From: Bacteroidales bacterium
GTDB taxonomy: Bacteria; Bacteroidota; Bacteroidia; Bacteroidales; VadinHA17
Assembly (NCBI GenBank): GCA_035297425.1
Contig: DATGYZ010000034.1
Coordinates: 5,273 to 69,272 of the forward strand
Direction: 5' to 3'
Length of the DNA: 64,000 bases
Positions 55,874 through 64,000 of the stretch are shown here, in pieces (position 1 is the stretch's first letter; each line of letters begins with the position of its first letter). A model generated the notes under the pieces. That model was not told the origin of the DNA and did not search any database. It saw nothing but the letters and a program-made list of their open reading frames with translations. The translations under genes and the position numbers were made by a program.

Positions 55874-56452
55874 ATGGCTGAAATTAAACCATCAAGGGAA
55901 GAGGCGCTTAAGCTTTTTCTACAATATAACAAATCAGAAAGCCTGTTAAAACATGCCCTTGCTGTCGAGGGCGTTATGCGTTATATGGCAAGGAAAGCAG
56001 GCGAAGATGAGGAGAAATGGGGTGTTATTGGACTAATCCATGACCTCGATTATGAAATGTACCCGGATCAGCATTGTAAAATGACTGAGAAAATACTGAG
56101 GGAGAACCACTGGCCTGAGGAATATATCAGGGCAGTAATGAGCCACGGCTGGGGTCTTGTAACTGATGTAAAGCCGGAAACATTGCCTGAAAAGACCATC
56201 TATGCTATGGATGAACTTACAGGACTTGTTGCTACAAGTGCACTGGTCAGACCATCAAAGAGCGTTCTCGACATGGAAGCCAGGTCAGTTAAGAAAAAAT
56301 GGAATGACAAAAGATTTGCTGCAGGAGTTGATCGTTCAGTTATAGAAAATGGAGCAACCATGCTTGGGATTAGCCTTGATCAGCTTATAACAGACTGCAT
56401 TATGGGAATGAGGGAAGTAGCAGAACAAACCGGGTTGAAAGGCAATATCTGA
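55874..56452 (+). CDS. HD-domain phosphohydrolase
   Basis: 192 aa. LKHALAVE ... GLIHDLDY HD motif. Confidence 0.8.
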   Translation: MAEIKPSREEALKLFLQYNKSESLLKHALAVEGVMRYMARKAGEDEEKWGVIGLIHDLDYEMYPDQHCKMTEKILRENHWPEEYIRAVMSHGWGLVTDVKPETLPEKTIYAMDELTGLVATSALVRPSKSVLDMEARSVKKKWNDKRFAAGVDRSVIENGATMLGISLDQLITDCIMGMREVAEQTGLKGNI

Positions 56453-56453
56453 T

Positions 56454-56927
56454 ATGGAAAAAAAATCCTTCCCGCTGGGGACAGTGGAAGATAACAGAAC
56501 TGTAAGAATACTGAGGATATTATTTGGTGTTGCCTGCCTCGCAACCGCCGCATACTGGATAATTTACAGCATTACACAGTCAAGGTATGACTGGAGCTTA
56601 CTGGTATCAATACTTTTCCTTATTGCTTTTGGAGGATACCAGGTTTGGGCAGGCCTGGGAAAAGCTTTCAGATACATAGAGATCAATCCCACGTCAATCA
56701 CGTTAAGGAAAAGCAGCCTCAGGAAACCTGAAATAATGAATGCCACAGAGATTTCCGGTATAGAGATCCTACCTCTAAGCATTATATTCAGGAAGGGCGA
56801 AGGTGAAAAAACAATTTTAAGGCTTGGCCAGGTCCATTATGAGACAAATGAGAATATTATAGACATGCTTATCTCATTTGCAGAAAGAAATAACATCAGC
56901 TATGAGATAAAAGCTGACGAACTATAA
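56454..56927 (+). CDS. hypothetical 2-TM membrane protein
   Basis: 157 aa. Start abuts the HD gene stop. Two TM helices, then a soluble domain. Confidence 0.5.
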   Translation: MEKKSFPLGTVEDNRTVRILRILFGVACLATAAYWIIYSITQSRYDWSLLVSILFLIAFGGYQVWAGLGKAFRYIEINPTSITLRKSSLRKPEIMNATEISGIEILPLSIIFRKGEGEKTILRLGQVHYETNENIIDMLISFAERNNISYEIKADEL

Positions 56928-57007
56928 ATCCAGCTTATTGCTTCCCTGAAAGCACAAATAGTTAGTCCAAATAGTCTTATTATTAATTAAATAAGGCTTA
57001 AAATCGG

Positions 57008-57015
57008 TAAATTTG
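57008..57015 (+). promoter_or_regulatory. -7 box TAaaTTTG
   Basis: Exact TAnnTTTG 20 nt upstream of ATG 57035. Confidence 0.35.
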
Positions 57016-57034
57016 CATCAGAAAACTAATCGTG

Positions 57035-58051
57035 ATGTCGGCGTATTTTATACCTCAGGGCGAAAGAATAAAATGTACACTCTGCCCCCATTATTGTAAT
57101 GTGGCTCCGGGCAGAACCGGTATCTGTGGTGTCAGGAAGAATAACGGGACAGAAATTGTACTGACTACATACGGCATTGTATCAGGTTACTCGCTCGATC
57201 CTGTTGAAAAGAAGCCTCTTTATCACTTTTTTCCCGGTCATAACATCTTTTCGGTGGGGTCGTTTGGTTGCAATATGAGATGTGATTTTTGCCAGAACTA
57301 CGGCATTTCCCAGGTTGTGCCTCATGATTCGGGCAGAAAAATAACAGCAGAAGAGATCATCAGCGCAATGTCGTCATCTGAACATAACATCGGAATTGCT
57401 TTTACATACAATGAACCAACTATCTCTTTCGAGTTTATTCGGGATATTTCACGGAAAGTAATAGGATCCGGTTATAAGACAGTCCTCGTAAGCAACGGGT
57501 ATGTCAATATCGAACCCCTCAAAGAAATAATAAGCTTTACTGATGCTTTCAACATAGACCTGAAAGCTTTTGACCAGGAATTTCATAAAAAACTTACCGG
57601 AGCCAACCTTCAGCCTGTTCTGGAATCTTTAAAACTTGTATCACGATCAGGAAGGCACCTTGAGATCACTTCTCTTATCATTCCGGGCTTCAATGATACT
57701 GAGGAAGGCATGAAAAAACAGGCTGAATGGATAGCTGCCGAACTTGGACCGGATGTTCCGTTGCACCTGAGCAGGTATTATCCAATGTACAAGCGTGATG
57801 ATCCTGCCACGTCAAACCAGACTCTTGAAAGGCTTTATGATACAGCCTCCGGCATACTTGATTATGTTTATATCGGGAATCTGAATCTGAATAAGGGACA
57901 AAATACTTACTGTCCTTCCTGCGGGAAAACAATAACAGAAAGATCAGGTTACAGGACAATCAATGTAAATGCAGATTCAACCGGCAATTGCTCCGGCTGT
58001 GGAAGGAAGATCTATAAGGAATTTATTTTTTCTTCGCAGAAAGACCGCTGA
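57035..58051 (+). CDS. AmmeMemoRadiSam-system radical SAM enzyme
   Basis: 338 aa from ATG 57035. N-terminal CTLCPHYC...GICGVR, GCNMRCDFCQNY (CX3CX2C), C-terminal CPSCG...CSGCG. This pattern is typical of the family. Confidence 0.85.
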   Translation: MSAYFIPQGERIKCTLCPHYCNVAPGRTGICGVRKNNGTEIVLTTYGIVSGYSLDPVEKKPLYHFFPGHNIFSVGSFGCNMRCDFCQNYGISQVVPHDSGRKITAEEIISAMSSSEHNIGIAFTYNEPTISFEFIRDISRKVIGSGYKTVLVSNGYVNIEPLKEIISFTDAFNIDLKAFDQEFHKKLTGANLQPVLESLKLVSRSGRHLEITSLIIPGFNDTEEGMKKQAEWIAAELGPDVPLHLSRYYPMYKRDDPATSNQTLERLYDTASGILDYVYIGNLNLNKGQNTYCPSCGKTITERSGYRTINVNADSTGNCSGCGRKIYKEFIFSSQKDR

Positions 58052-58316
58052 GCCTCTCAAAAAGATCATCAACACCTTTGAGAAGGTCCTTTTCGACATC
58101 TTTATAAAATGTCTTCAGAATCTTTGGATTATCCTTACCATCCGGGTTATTCACCCTTGCAATAAGGTCATTTCTGAGAGAGACAGCATCATTTATTATT
58201 GAAGATACTTCATCGTTTTTGGTATCGGGATGAACTTCCGAAAAAACAAAACAATCTGAAATAACCTCAAAAACAAGGAAGTCTATGTCTTTTTTAAGAT
58301 TTCTTATACTGGCCAT
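58023..58316 (-). CDS. hypothetical protein
   Basis: 97 aa, no motif recognised. The 3' end overlaps the radical SAM 3' end by 29 nt (convergent). Confidence 0.4.
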   Translation of the reverse strand: MASIRNLKKDIDFLVFEVISDCFVFSEVHPDTKNDEVSSIINDAVSLRNDLIARVNNPDGKDNPKILKTFYKDVEKDLLKGVDDLFERLSGLSAKKK

Positions 58317-58361
58317 AACGTTGAAGTAAAATTATTTTCAAATATAGGTAAAATATAGCAT

Positions 58362-59201
58362 TTATAATCCCTGCTGCTGATTTGTAAATGAAAGGAGGCT
58401 CTCTTCAACCTTCTTAATATAAAGTGTTCTGAGGTGCGACATAAGTGAATTCGAGGTGTTGAAATATTTCTCATTTACGGAACAAATCGGTAATACCATC
58501 GGTGAAGTTCCACAGATAAAAGCTGAATCAAACATGCCAAGATCATCAGCATTGACAGGCTCAAACTGAACTTTTATTCCCTCAGCAACACATATTTCAA
58601 GAATATATTTGCGAGTGATTCCTTTTAAAACCAGATCATCCGGTGCAGTATAAAGGACATCCCCTTTTATAAAAAAAATATTTGAACGGCTTCCTTCAGT
58701 TATCAGGTTCTCATCATTAACAAGCAAAGCTTCATATGCATTCTCATCAAAAAGTTCCTGATGAATATTGGAACGTAGTCTGAAATCGAGAACTTTAGCA
58801 TGTGGGTCCGATCTTTGAGCATAGAAAAGTATAGTTCTTACACCTTTCTGATACTGTTCAGGTGCAGGATAGGATGATTCGATGAAATAAACAAGATAGC
58901 TGGTCTTGCTGGAGGTGTAGTTAAACACTATTTTAATGTTGATCTCCTTTTTCCTTTCTTTTTCAGTCAGCATCAGAACACACCTTCTCAATTCAGCAGA
59001 TCCGGCGGGCATCAGTCGCTCCCTCAGCCTAACACTTGTCTCAAGACGCTCCATATGATCGTTGAAAAAAACAGGTATGCCCTTCGTAAGCCTTATTACT
59101 TCATAAATGGAATGGCCTTTATAAACATTATCAGTATCAAATGATTGGGTATTTTTCAGTTCTCCGTTCAGCACATAATAGTTTCCGCAATATTCTTTCA
59201 T
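58362..59201 (-). CDS. class IV aminotransferase (branched-chain aminotransferase / ADC-lyase-like)
   Basis: 279 aa from ATG 59201. EGSRSNIFFIKG and GITR motifs of fold type IV. Confidence 0.8.
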   Translation of the reverse strand: MKEYCGNYYVLNGELKNTQSFDTDNVYKGHSIYEVIRLTKGIPVFFNDHMERLETSVRLRERLMPAGSAELRRCVLMLTEKERKKEINIKIVFNYTSSKTSYLVYFIESSYPAPEQYQKGVRTILFYAQRSDPHAKVLDFRLRSNIHQELFDENAYEALLVNDENLITEGSRSNIFFIKGDVLYTAPDDLVLKGITRKYILEICVAEGIKVQFEPVNADDLGMFDSAFICGTSPMVLPICSVNEKYFNTSNSLMSHLRTLYIKKVEESLLSFTNQQQGL

Positions 59202-59291
59202 CAGAATCAATTTAATTACCAAAATTAATAATATAAGCTGAATGCTCATTTCTCATTATATTCACAAACAGAATTTCCAGTTCAGAATCTC

Positions 59292-60659
59292 ATGTATGCC
59301 ATAGTTGATATTGAGACAACAGGGGGAAGTGCAAGACTTGAGAAAGTAACAGAAATTGCTATCTATCAGCATGACGGACAGCAGATTACTGGTGAGTTTG
59401 TTTCCCTGGTCAATCCTGAGAGGAATATACCATATTATATTACAAACCTTACCGGCATAACAAATGAGATGGTCGAAAATGCACCCCGCTTTTTCGAAAT
59501 TGCGAGGAAGATTGTGGAGTATACCGAAGGAAGAACATTTGTTGCACATAATGTTCGTTTTGATTACACCTTCCTGCGGGAAGAATTTAAATCGCTTGGG
59601 TTTTATTTCAAAAGACCACTGCTCGATACTGTAGCGTTAAGCAGGAAGCTTATCCCGGGGCATACTTCATACAGCCTTGGAAATATATGCAAGGACCTGA
59701 ACATACAGATAAACGGAAGGCACAGGGCAGCAGGTGATGCATTTGCAACTGTGAAGCTTTTTGAGATGCTTCTCGCAAAGGACATGCAGAATGATCCATG
59801 CCTCAGACTTCTGAAAAAAACCAAGCTGTCAAAATTAAATCCGAACCTCGATACCGCCAAGCTGGAAGAAATACCCGAGGAGCCCGGGGTATACTATTTC
59901 TATAACGAGAAACACGATCTTATCTATATCGGGAAGAGCAGGAACCTTCAGCAAAGGATCAGCACCCACCTTTCGAACAATACCACAAACAGGGCAATGG
60001 AAATGCGCGACCTGATATCCGATATTGACTGGGAGACAACTGGCAGCGAGCTTATTGCACTTCTCAAGGAATCGTACGAAATAAAGACAAATAAACCTGT
60101 TTACAACAGGGCACAGCGACAATCAAGGTTCCAATGGGCCATTTACAGGTTTACAGACAGCAAAGGATATATAAACTACAGGTACGGCCAGACAAATTCT
60201 GAGGAAATACCGGTATCTGTATTCACATCAAGAGGACGGGTAAAAGCCAGGCTTGAGCAGATGGTTGAAAAGTTCAATCTTTGCCAGAAGCTTTGCGGCC
60301 TATACGACACTGACGGTGCCTGCTTTCACCAGCAGGTTGGAATGTGCAAGGGCGCATGCTGCGGTAGTGAAATCGCCTCGGAATACAACGAAAGAGCCCT
60401 AAAAGCTTCAGATGAATTCACCTTCACGATGAAGAATTTTTTCATAATCGACAAAGGCCGCTGCACTGATGAGCGGTGCGCTGTGAAGATCATGAATGGC
60501 AAATATTCAGGTTACGGGTATATCAATATCAATGAGATCGGCTTTGGCCTCTCCGCCATACACGACTGCATTATAACATCTTTCGACAACCATGATGTTC
60601 ATGCAATACTGAAGCAGTACCTCCGCAGCAACAAAGTTGAAAAGATAATTGAGTTTTAA
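59292..60659 (+). CDS. DEDDh 3'-5' exonuclease (DnaQ-like) fused to a GIY-YIG nuclease domain
   Basis: 455 aa. Exo I AIVDIETTG, Exo II HNVRFDYTFL, Exo III HRAAGDAFAT, then GVYYFYN...LIYIGKSRNLQQRI. Confidence 0.85.
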   Translation: MYAIVDIETTGGSARLEKVTEIAIYQHDGQQITGEFVSLVNPERNIPYYITNLTGITNEMVENAPRFFEIARKIVEYTEGRTFVAHNVRFDYTFLREEFKSLGFYFKRPLLDTVALSRKLIPGHTSYSLGNICKDLNIQINGRHRAAGDAFATVKLFEMLLAKDMQNDPCLRLLKKTKLSKLNPNLDTAKLEEIPEEPGVYYFYNEKHDLIYIGKSRNLQQRISTHLSNNTTNRAMEMRDLISDIDWETTGSELIALLKESYEIKTNKPVYNRAQRQSRFQWAIYRFTDSKGYINYRYGQTNSEEIPVSVFTSRGRVKARLEQMVEKFNLCQKLCGLYDTDGACFHQQVGMCKGACCGSEIASEYNERALKASDEFTFTMKNFFIIDKGRCTDERCAVKIMNGKYSGYGYININEIGFGLSAIHDCIITSFDNHDVHAILKQYLRSNKVEKIIEF

Positions 60660-60691
60660 AGGATGTGATTTTCGGATCAATTCATATTTAC

Positions 60692-62746
60692 TCAATTCTC
60701 AGTGGGCAGAAATGAATAGTTTTTACCATAGTACATCATCTGTCCCAGGTAATCATCAGTATATTCCACGACAATATTTGTTATCTTTCCATTATCATCG
60801 TATTGCGGGAAAAGGTAAGGATTTACGAACCCTGTGTAGGGAGCAAGCTTCAATGCTGCATATCTCTCAAGTATTTCTGAATGAAGCTTCGGATCGATCT
60901 TAACCCCATAATTTTCAATAAGATCCTTCCCGGCCTGGAAATCGCCTTCAGATTTAATTCTCTGTATTTCCTTCAACAGATCACCAAAAAGAGTTCGGAG
61001 CTTTTTATAATCATTAATTTTCACGTATGTCTTGCCATCCCTGCTGATCATAGATATCACATTATCATTTTTGCCCTTTTCATAAACCCAGTGGGTTATC
61101 ATCGATCTTGATCTCATGTGAGCCTGTTCAATATCTTTCCCGGGTTTAATCCTTACTATCTGTGTGAGCAATCCATTCCTTATGTAACTATCGTAGGCAG
61201 CTTCTGCAGCTTCCTGGTCAGGCAGAAGGTCCAGGTCAGTGATCTTTTTGTCCATCATATAATAAAGAGCAAAAAGATCTGCCCTTGCTTCTTCAAGAGG
61301 AGAAGCATAGTTTTTAAGAGCATTTGGATCAGTTCCGTCAGCAAGTTTTCCGCTGGCATGGCCCACACATTCATGAAGGTCTGTGTGCAAAGCATCAGAA
61401 ACAGAGCTGTATTTCTTAACGCGGGCAACTTCTTCTGCCGATTCTGCAAACTCTTCAAGGAAACCATTGCCCTGTGATGCCTTATCGATGGCACCTGTGA
61501 TATTCGCCAGAGTAACAGATTTTGAACCTACTTCTTTCCTTATCCAGTCAGCATTGGGAAGGTTTATTCCCAGAGGCGAAGCAGGATAGCAGTCACCACC
61601 AAGCATTGCGATATTGATAACACGTGCAGCTATTCCTGTAACCTTCTCTTTCCTGTATTTAGCATCGATAGGTGAATTATCCTCAAACCATTGTGCATTA
61701 TCAGTTATGATCCTTGTTCTCTTTGAAGCTTCGGCATCGGTATAATTTACAATTGCTTCCCAGGTTGCTTTCATACCCAGGGGATCTTCATAAGTTTCAA
61801 TGAAACCATTGATGTAATCAACAGCAGGATCCGTATTCCTGGCCCAGGCAATATTGTATTCATCCCAGGTTTTAAGATCACCTGTCTTATAATAATTAAT
61901 GAGAAGGCTCAATTCATTCCTTGTCGAGTCATCAGGAGCAACAGTCTTTGCTTTTTCGAGCCATCCGATTATCTGGTCAATTGCAGCACCGTATTTCCCG
62001 CCCGAACGGTAAACCTGTTCAGTAACTTTATCACTCATTTTTGTAAGTCGTGAATTAAGACCTGTCGAAACTGGCCTCTGATCGGAAGGATCGATCATCT
62101 TTGAATAAAATTCCTCAGCTTCCTCCTGTGTTACATTCTCATAAAAATTCACTGCAGATTCGGCTACCATATCAGCACCCTGGCGCTGCTCAACTTTCCT
62201 TGCGAAAAGTTTATCGTCGAACAGAATTGGTGTAAGCATATCTGCAAGTTCTTCAGGCTTCTGATTTTTAATAAGCGGAAGGCCGTCATCAGTGTTTTTG
62301 ATAAGGGTTGCAAAATAATCTTCACTGAATTCAGGTTTGAATTTATCGCTTGAATAATGATGGTGTATGCCGTTAGCAAAAAAGACCTTTTTTGCGTAAG
62401 TTAGGAATGCATTGTATTCAGCAGTCTGCCTGTCACCATTATAGTTCTCAATAATAGCTTCCAGTGTCTTTCTTATCAGAAGGTTATGCCTGAAATTCTG
62501 ATCCCAGAAAATATCTCTCCCGGCAAGGGCAGCCTGGCTCAGGTAGTATATGTATTCCTTTTCCTGCAAGGGCAATTCATCAAAAGCAGGCAATTTGTAT
62601 TTCAATACTCTTATATCATCAAATTGTTCAACAAAGTATTTGAAGTCGTCATTTTCAACTTCCGATGTTGTATCAGTTGTCTTGCATGAAACTAAAATCA
62701 GTCCAGCCATAAACGAGAAGATAAATGGTTTAATAAGCTTTTTCAT
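60692..62746 (-). CDS. dipeptidyl-peptidase III (M49) lipoprotein
   Basis: 684 aa from ATG 62746. Lipobox LILVSC, zinc motifs HECVGH and EEARAD. Confidence 0.85.
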   Translation of the reverse strand: MKKLIKPFIFSFMAGLILVSCKTTDTTSEVENDDFKYFVEQFDDIRVLKYKLPAFDELPLQEKEYIYYLSQAALAGRDIFWDQNFRHNLLIRKTLEAIIENYNGDRQTAEYNAFLTYAKKVFFANGIHHHYSSDKFKPEFSEDYFATLIKNTDDGLPLIKNQKPEELADMLTPILFDDKLFARKVEQRQGADMVAESAVNFYENVTQEEAEEFYSKMIDPSDQRPVSTGLNSRLTKMSDKVTEQVYRSGGKYGAAIDQIIGWLEKAKTVAPDDSTRNELSLLINYYKTGDLKTWDEYNIAWARNTDPAVDYINGFIETYEDPLGMKATWEAIVNYTDAEASKRTRIITDNAQWFEDNSPIDAKYRKEKVTGIAARVINIAMLGGDCYPASPLGINLPNADWIRKEVGSKSVTLANITGAIDKASQGNGFLEEFAESAEEVARVKKYSSVSDALHTDLHECVGHASGKLADGTDPNALKNYASPLEEARADLFALYYMMDKKITDLDLLPDQEAAEAAYDSYIRNGLLTQIVRIKPGKDIEQAHMRSRSMITHWVYEKGKNDNVISMISRDGKTYVKINDYKKLRTLFGDLLKEIQRIKSEGDFQAGKDLIENYGVKIDPKLHSEILERYAALKLAPYTGFVNPYLFPQYDDNGKITNIVVEYTDDYLGQMMYYGKNYSFLPTEN

Positions 62747-62913
62747 AGCAATAAATTTTATCCGAAGCGTAAATTTATTAAAAAGCCGGAAGCAATTCCT
62801 GTTTGAACAAAGATTTAGTATTTTAAGTTCACAACTATCCTGTAAAACAGGCAAATGAACTTTTCAGCATAGCGGTAAAGTTTTTTGTTGTATATTCGGA
62901 TAAAAGATTCGTT

Positions 62914-63621
62914 ATGGATTTTCTTTCGGAATTGAGAGCTGAACTTGTTAGAAACTCTACGGAAAAAGAAAGGATCTCAGGATTGAGATTTTTCAAGGAA
63001 GAGGTAAAGCTTCTTGGCTTAAAAACCGCTCTTGTGGCTGAAATTGGCAAGGATTTTCTCCAGAAGCTGGAGGACAAATCAAAGAAAAACATTTTTTCAC
63101 TCTGCGAAGATCTTTTCAAATCAGGCATAATGGAAGAAAGCTTCGTTGCATGCCAATGGTCATATACTCTTAAGAGGCAATACAAGCCTGAAGACTTTGA
63201 TGTTTTTGAGAGATGGGTACATAAATATGTTAATAACTGGGCCACTTGCGACACATTATGTAATCACAATGTGGGTACTATTGTTGAGATGTATCCTGAA
63301 CTAATGCCACGGCTCAAGCAGTGGTCAGAATCAGAGAACAGGTGGGTAAAAAGAGCATCTGCAGTATCGCTTATTATCCCGGCTAGGAAAGGAAAGTTCC
63401 TTAAAGATATTTTTGAGATAGCAGATACACTGCTTGTTGATCCGGATGATATGGTACGCAAAGGATACGGGTGGATGCTGAAGGCAGCCAGCCAGGCACA
63501 CCAGGAGGAAGTGTTCAGCTATGTAATTAAAAACAAGGGAGCTATGCCCCGGACAGCTTTAAGATATGCTATCGAGAAGATGCCCTCTGAACTGAAGTCA
63601 CTTGCAATGAGTAAAAGTTGA
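62914..63621 (+). CDS. DNA alkylation repair protein (AlkD-like HEAT repeat)
   Basis: 235 aa. WVKRASAVSLI and VRKGYGWMLK motifs. Confidence 0.8.
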   Translation: MDFLSELRAELVRNSTEKERISGLRFFKEEVKLLGLKTALVAEIGKDFLQKLEDKSKKNIFSLCEDLFKSGIMEESFVACQWSYTLKRQYKPEDFDVFERWVHKYVNNWATCDTLCNHNVGTIVEMYPELMPRLKQWSESENRWVKRASAVSLIIPARKGKFLKDIFEIADTLLVDPDDMVRKGYGWMLKAASQAHQEEVFSYVIKNKGAMPRTALRYAIEKMPSELKSLAMSKS

Positions 63622-63694
63622 TCTGTTATATTATAATTTATATTATAATATATATTTTAATATAACTATCAGGCAGGTAATCTATTTATTTAGT

Positions 63695-64000
63695 ATGAAA
63701 ACAAGACTAATCTTCCTGGCATGCCTTGTGGTTCCCATGTACGCTGTCGCCCAGGACCGTGTTACCGGGAGAGATTTTGCCACAAGGTCTGAGGTGATTG
63801 CCACAAACGGCATGGCTGCAACAAGCCAGCCACTGGCGACCCAGGCGGCAATAGAAATACTGAAAAAGGGCGGCAACGCGATTGATGCAGCAATTGCAGC
63901 AAATGCAGTGCTTGGGGTTGTGGAACCTACCGGATCTGGTATTGGGGGTGACCTATTTGCTATTATCTGGGTTGCTGAGAAAGGCAGGCTTTATGGCCTC
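63695..64000 (+). CDS. ggt: gamma-glutamyltransferase, 5' partial (runs off the window)
   Basis: Hand translation MKTRLIFLACLVVPMYAVAQ...MAATSQPLATQAAIEILKKGGNAIDAAIAANAVLGVVEPTGSGIGGD. Open to the window end, so absent from the ORF track. Confidence 0.85.
   Translation, partial: MKTRLIFLACLVVPMYAVAQDRVTGRDFATRSEVIATNGMAATSQPLATQAAIEILKKGGNAIDAAIAANAVLGVVEPTGSGIGGDLFAIIWVAEKGRLYGL

Noticed and set aside
63682-63876. 64-aa minus-strand ORF at the right edge.
   Set aside because: The plus strand here encodes an unmistakable gamma-glutamyltransferase N-terminus. That gene is absent from the track only because it runs off the window.
1-64000. Genome-wide reassignment of TGA (Trp or Gly), suggested by the TGA at the conserved Trp of the four-helix-bundle gene.
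   Set aside because: Several well-delimited genes terminate in TGA at the expected length, for example 20797-21042, 25464-25676, 26252-26884 and 26944-27549. No other gene needs TGA read-through.

Overview
64-kb chromosomal segment that looks Bacteroidota-like. That assignment is inference only, from a T9SS C-terminal sorting domain, a gingipain-family peptidase, TAnnTTTG -7 boxes and A-rich leaders without Shine-Dalgarno. It holds about 60 protein genes, one tRNA and one probable 6S RNA. No CRISPR array, rRNA, integrase or intact IS was seen.

Layout:
- 0-8.5 kb: surface-polysaccharide genes (gmd, CapD/WbpM-like, WbpP-like epimerase, wecB), then rny, a 6S-like RNA, zapA and a coiled-coil gene.
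- 8.6-16.6 kb: M23 peptidase, nucleotidyltransferase, C69 dipeptidase, rplS, AsmA-family protein.
- 16.8-26.9 kb: the most accessory-looking block. tRNA-Arg(ACG) is followed by an arsenic operon (ACR3, C_GCAxxG_C_C, arsM, arsC), DUF302 and a Zn-ribbon-only IS1595-type transposase remnant. Two plus-strand thiol-redox operons follow. Each is preceded by the same tandem-repeat and promoter module.
- 27-45 kb: sugar uptake, acyl-CoA carboxylase subunits, pepD, DUF47-PiT-DUF47, Rieske lipoprotein, cupin, MFS transporters, nnr, POT transporter.
- 45-64 kb: thrA-thrC-thrH, a Tat-signal protein, MBL hydrolase, a 1264-aa C25/T9SS protein, HD protein, AmmeMemoRadiSam radical SAM, class IV aminotransferase, DnaQ-GIY-YIG fusion, DPP III, AlkD-like protein and the 5' end of ggt.

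Best candidate for something undescribed: the first thiol-redox operon contains an ORF too short for the track (32 aa, CC...C). It sits directly upstream of a radical SAM/SPASM enzyme that carries a roughly 95-aa N-terminal extension. This looks like a RiPP-type precursor/maturase pair, or possibly organoarsenical chemistry.

Other points of note:
- an IR-flanked promoter cassette in front of pit
- a tRNA whose elbow pair has changed on both sides
- an in-frame TGA at a conserved Trp
- ThrH in place of ThrB in the thr operon

All functional calls rest on motif recognition by eye. No searches were run.
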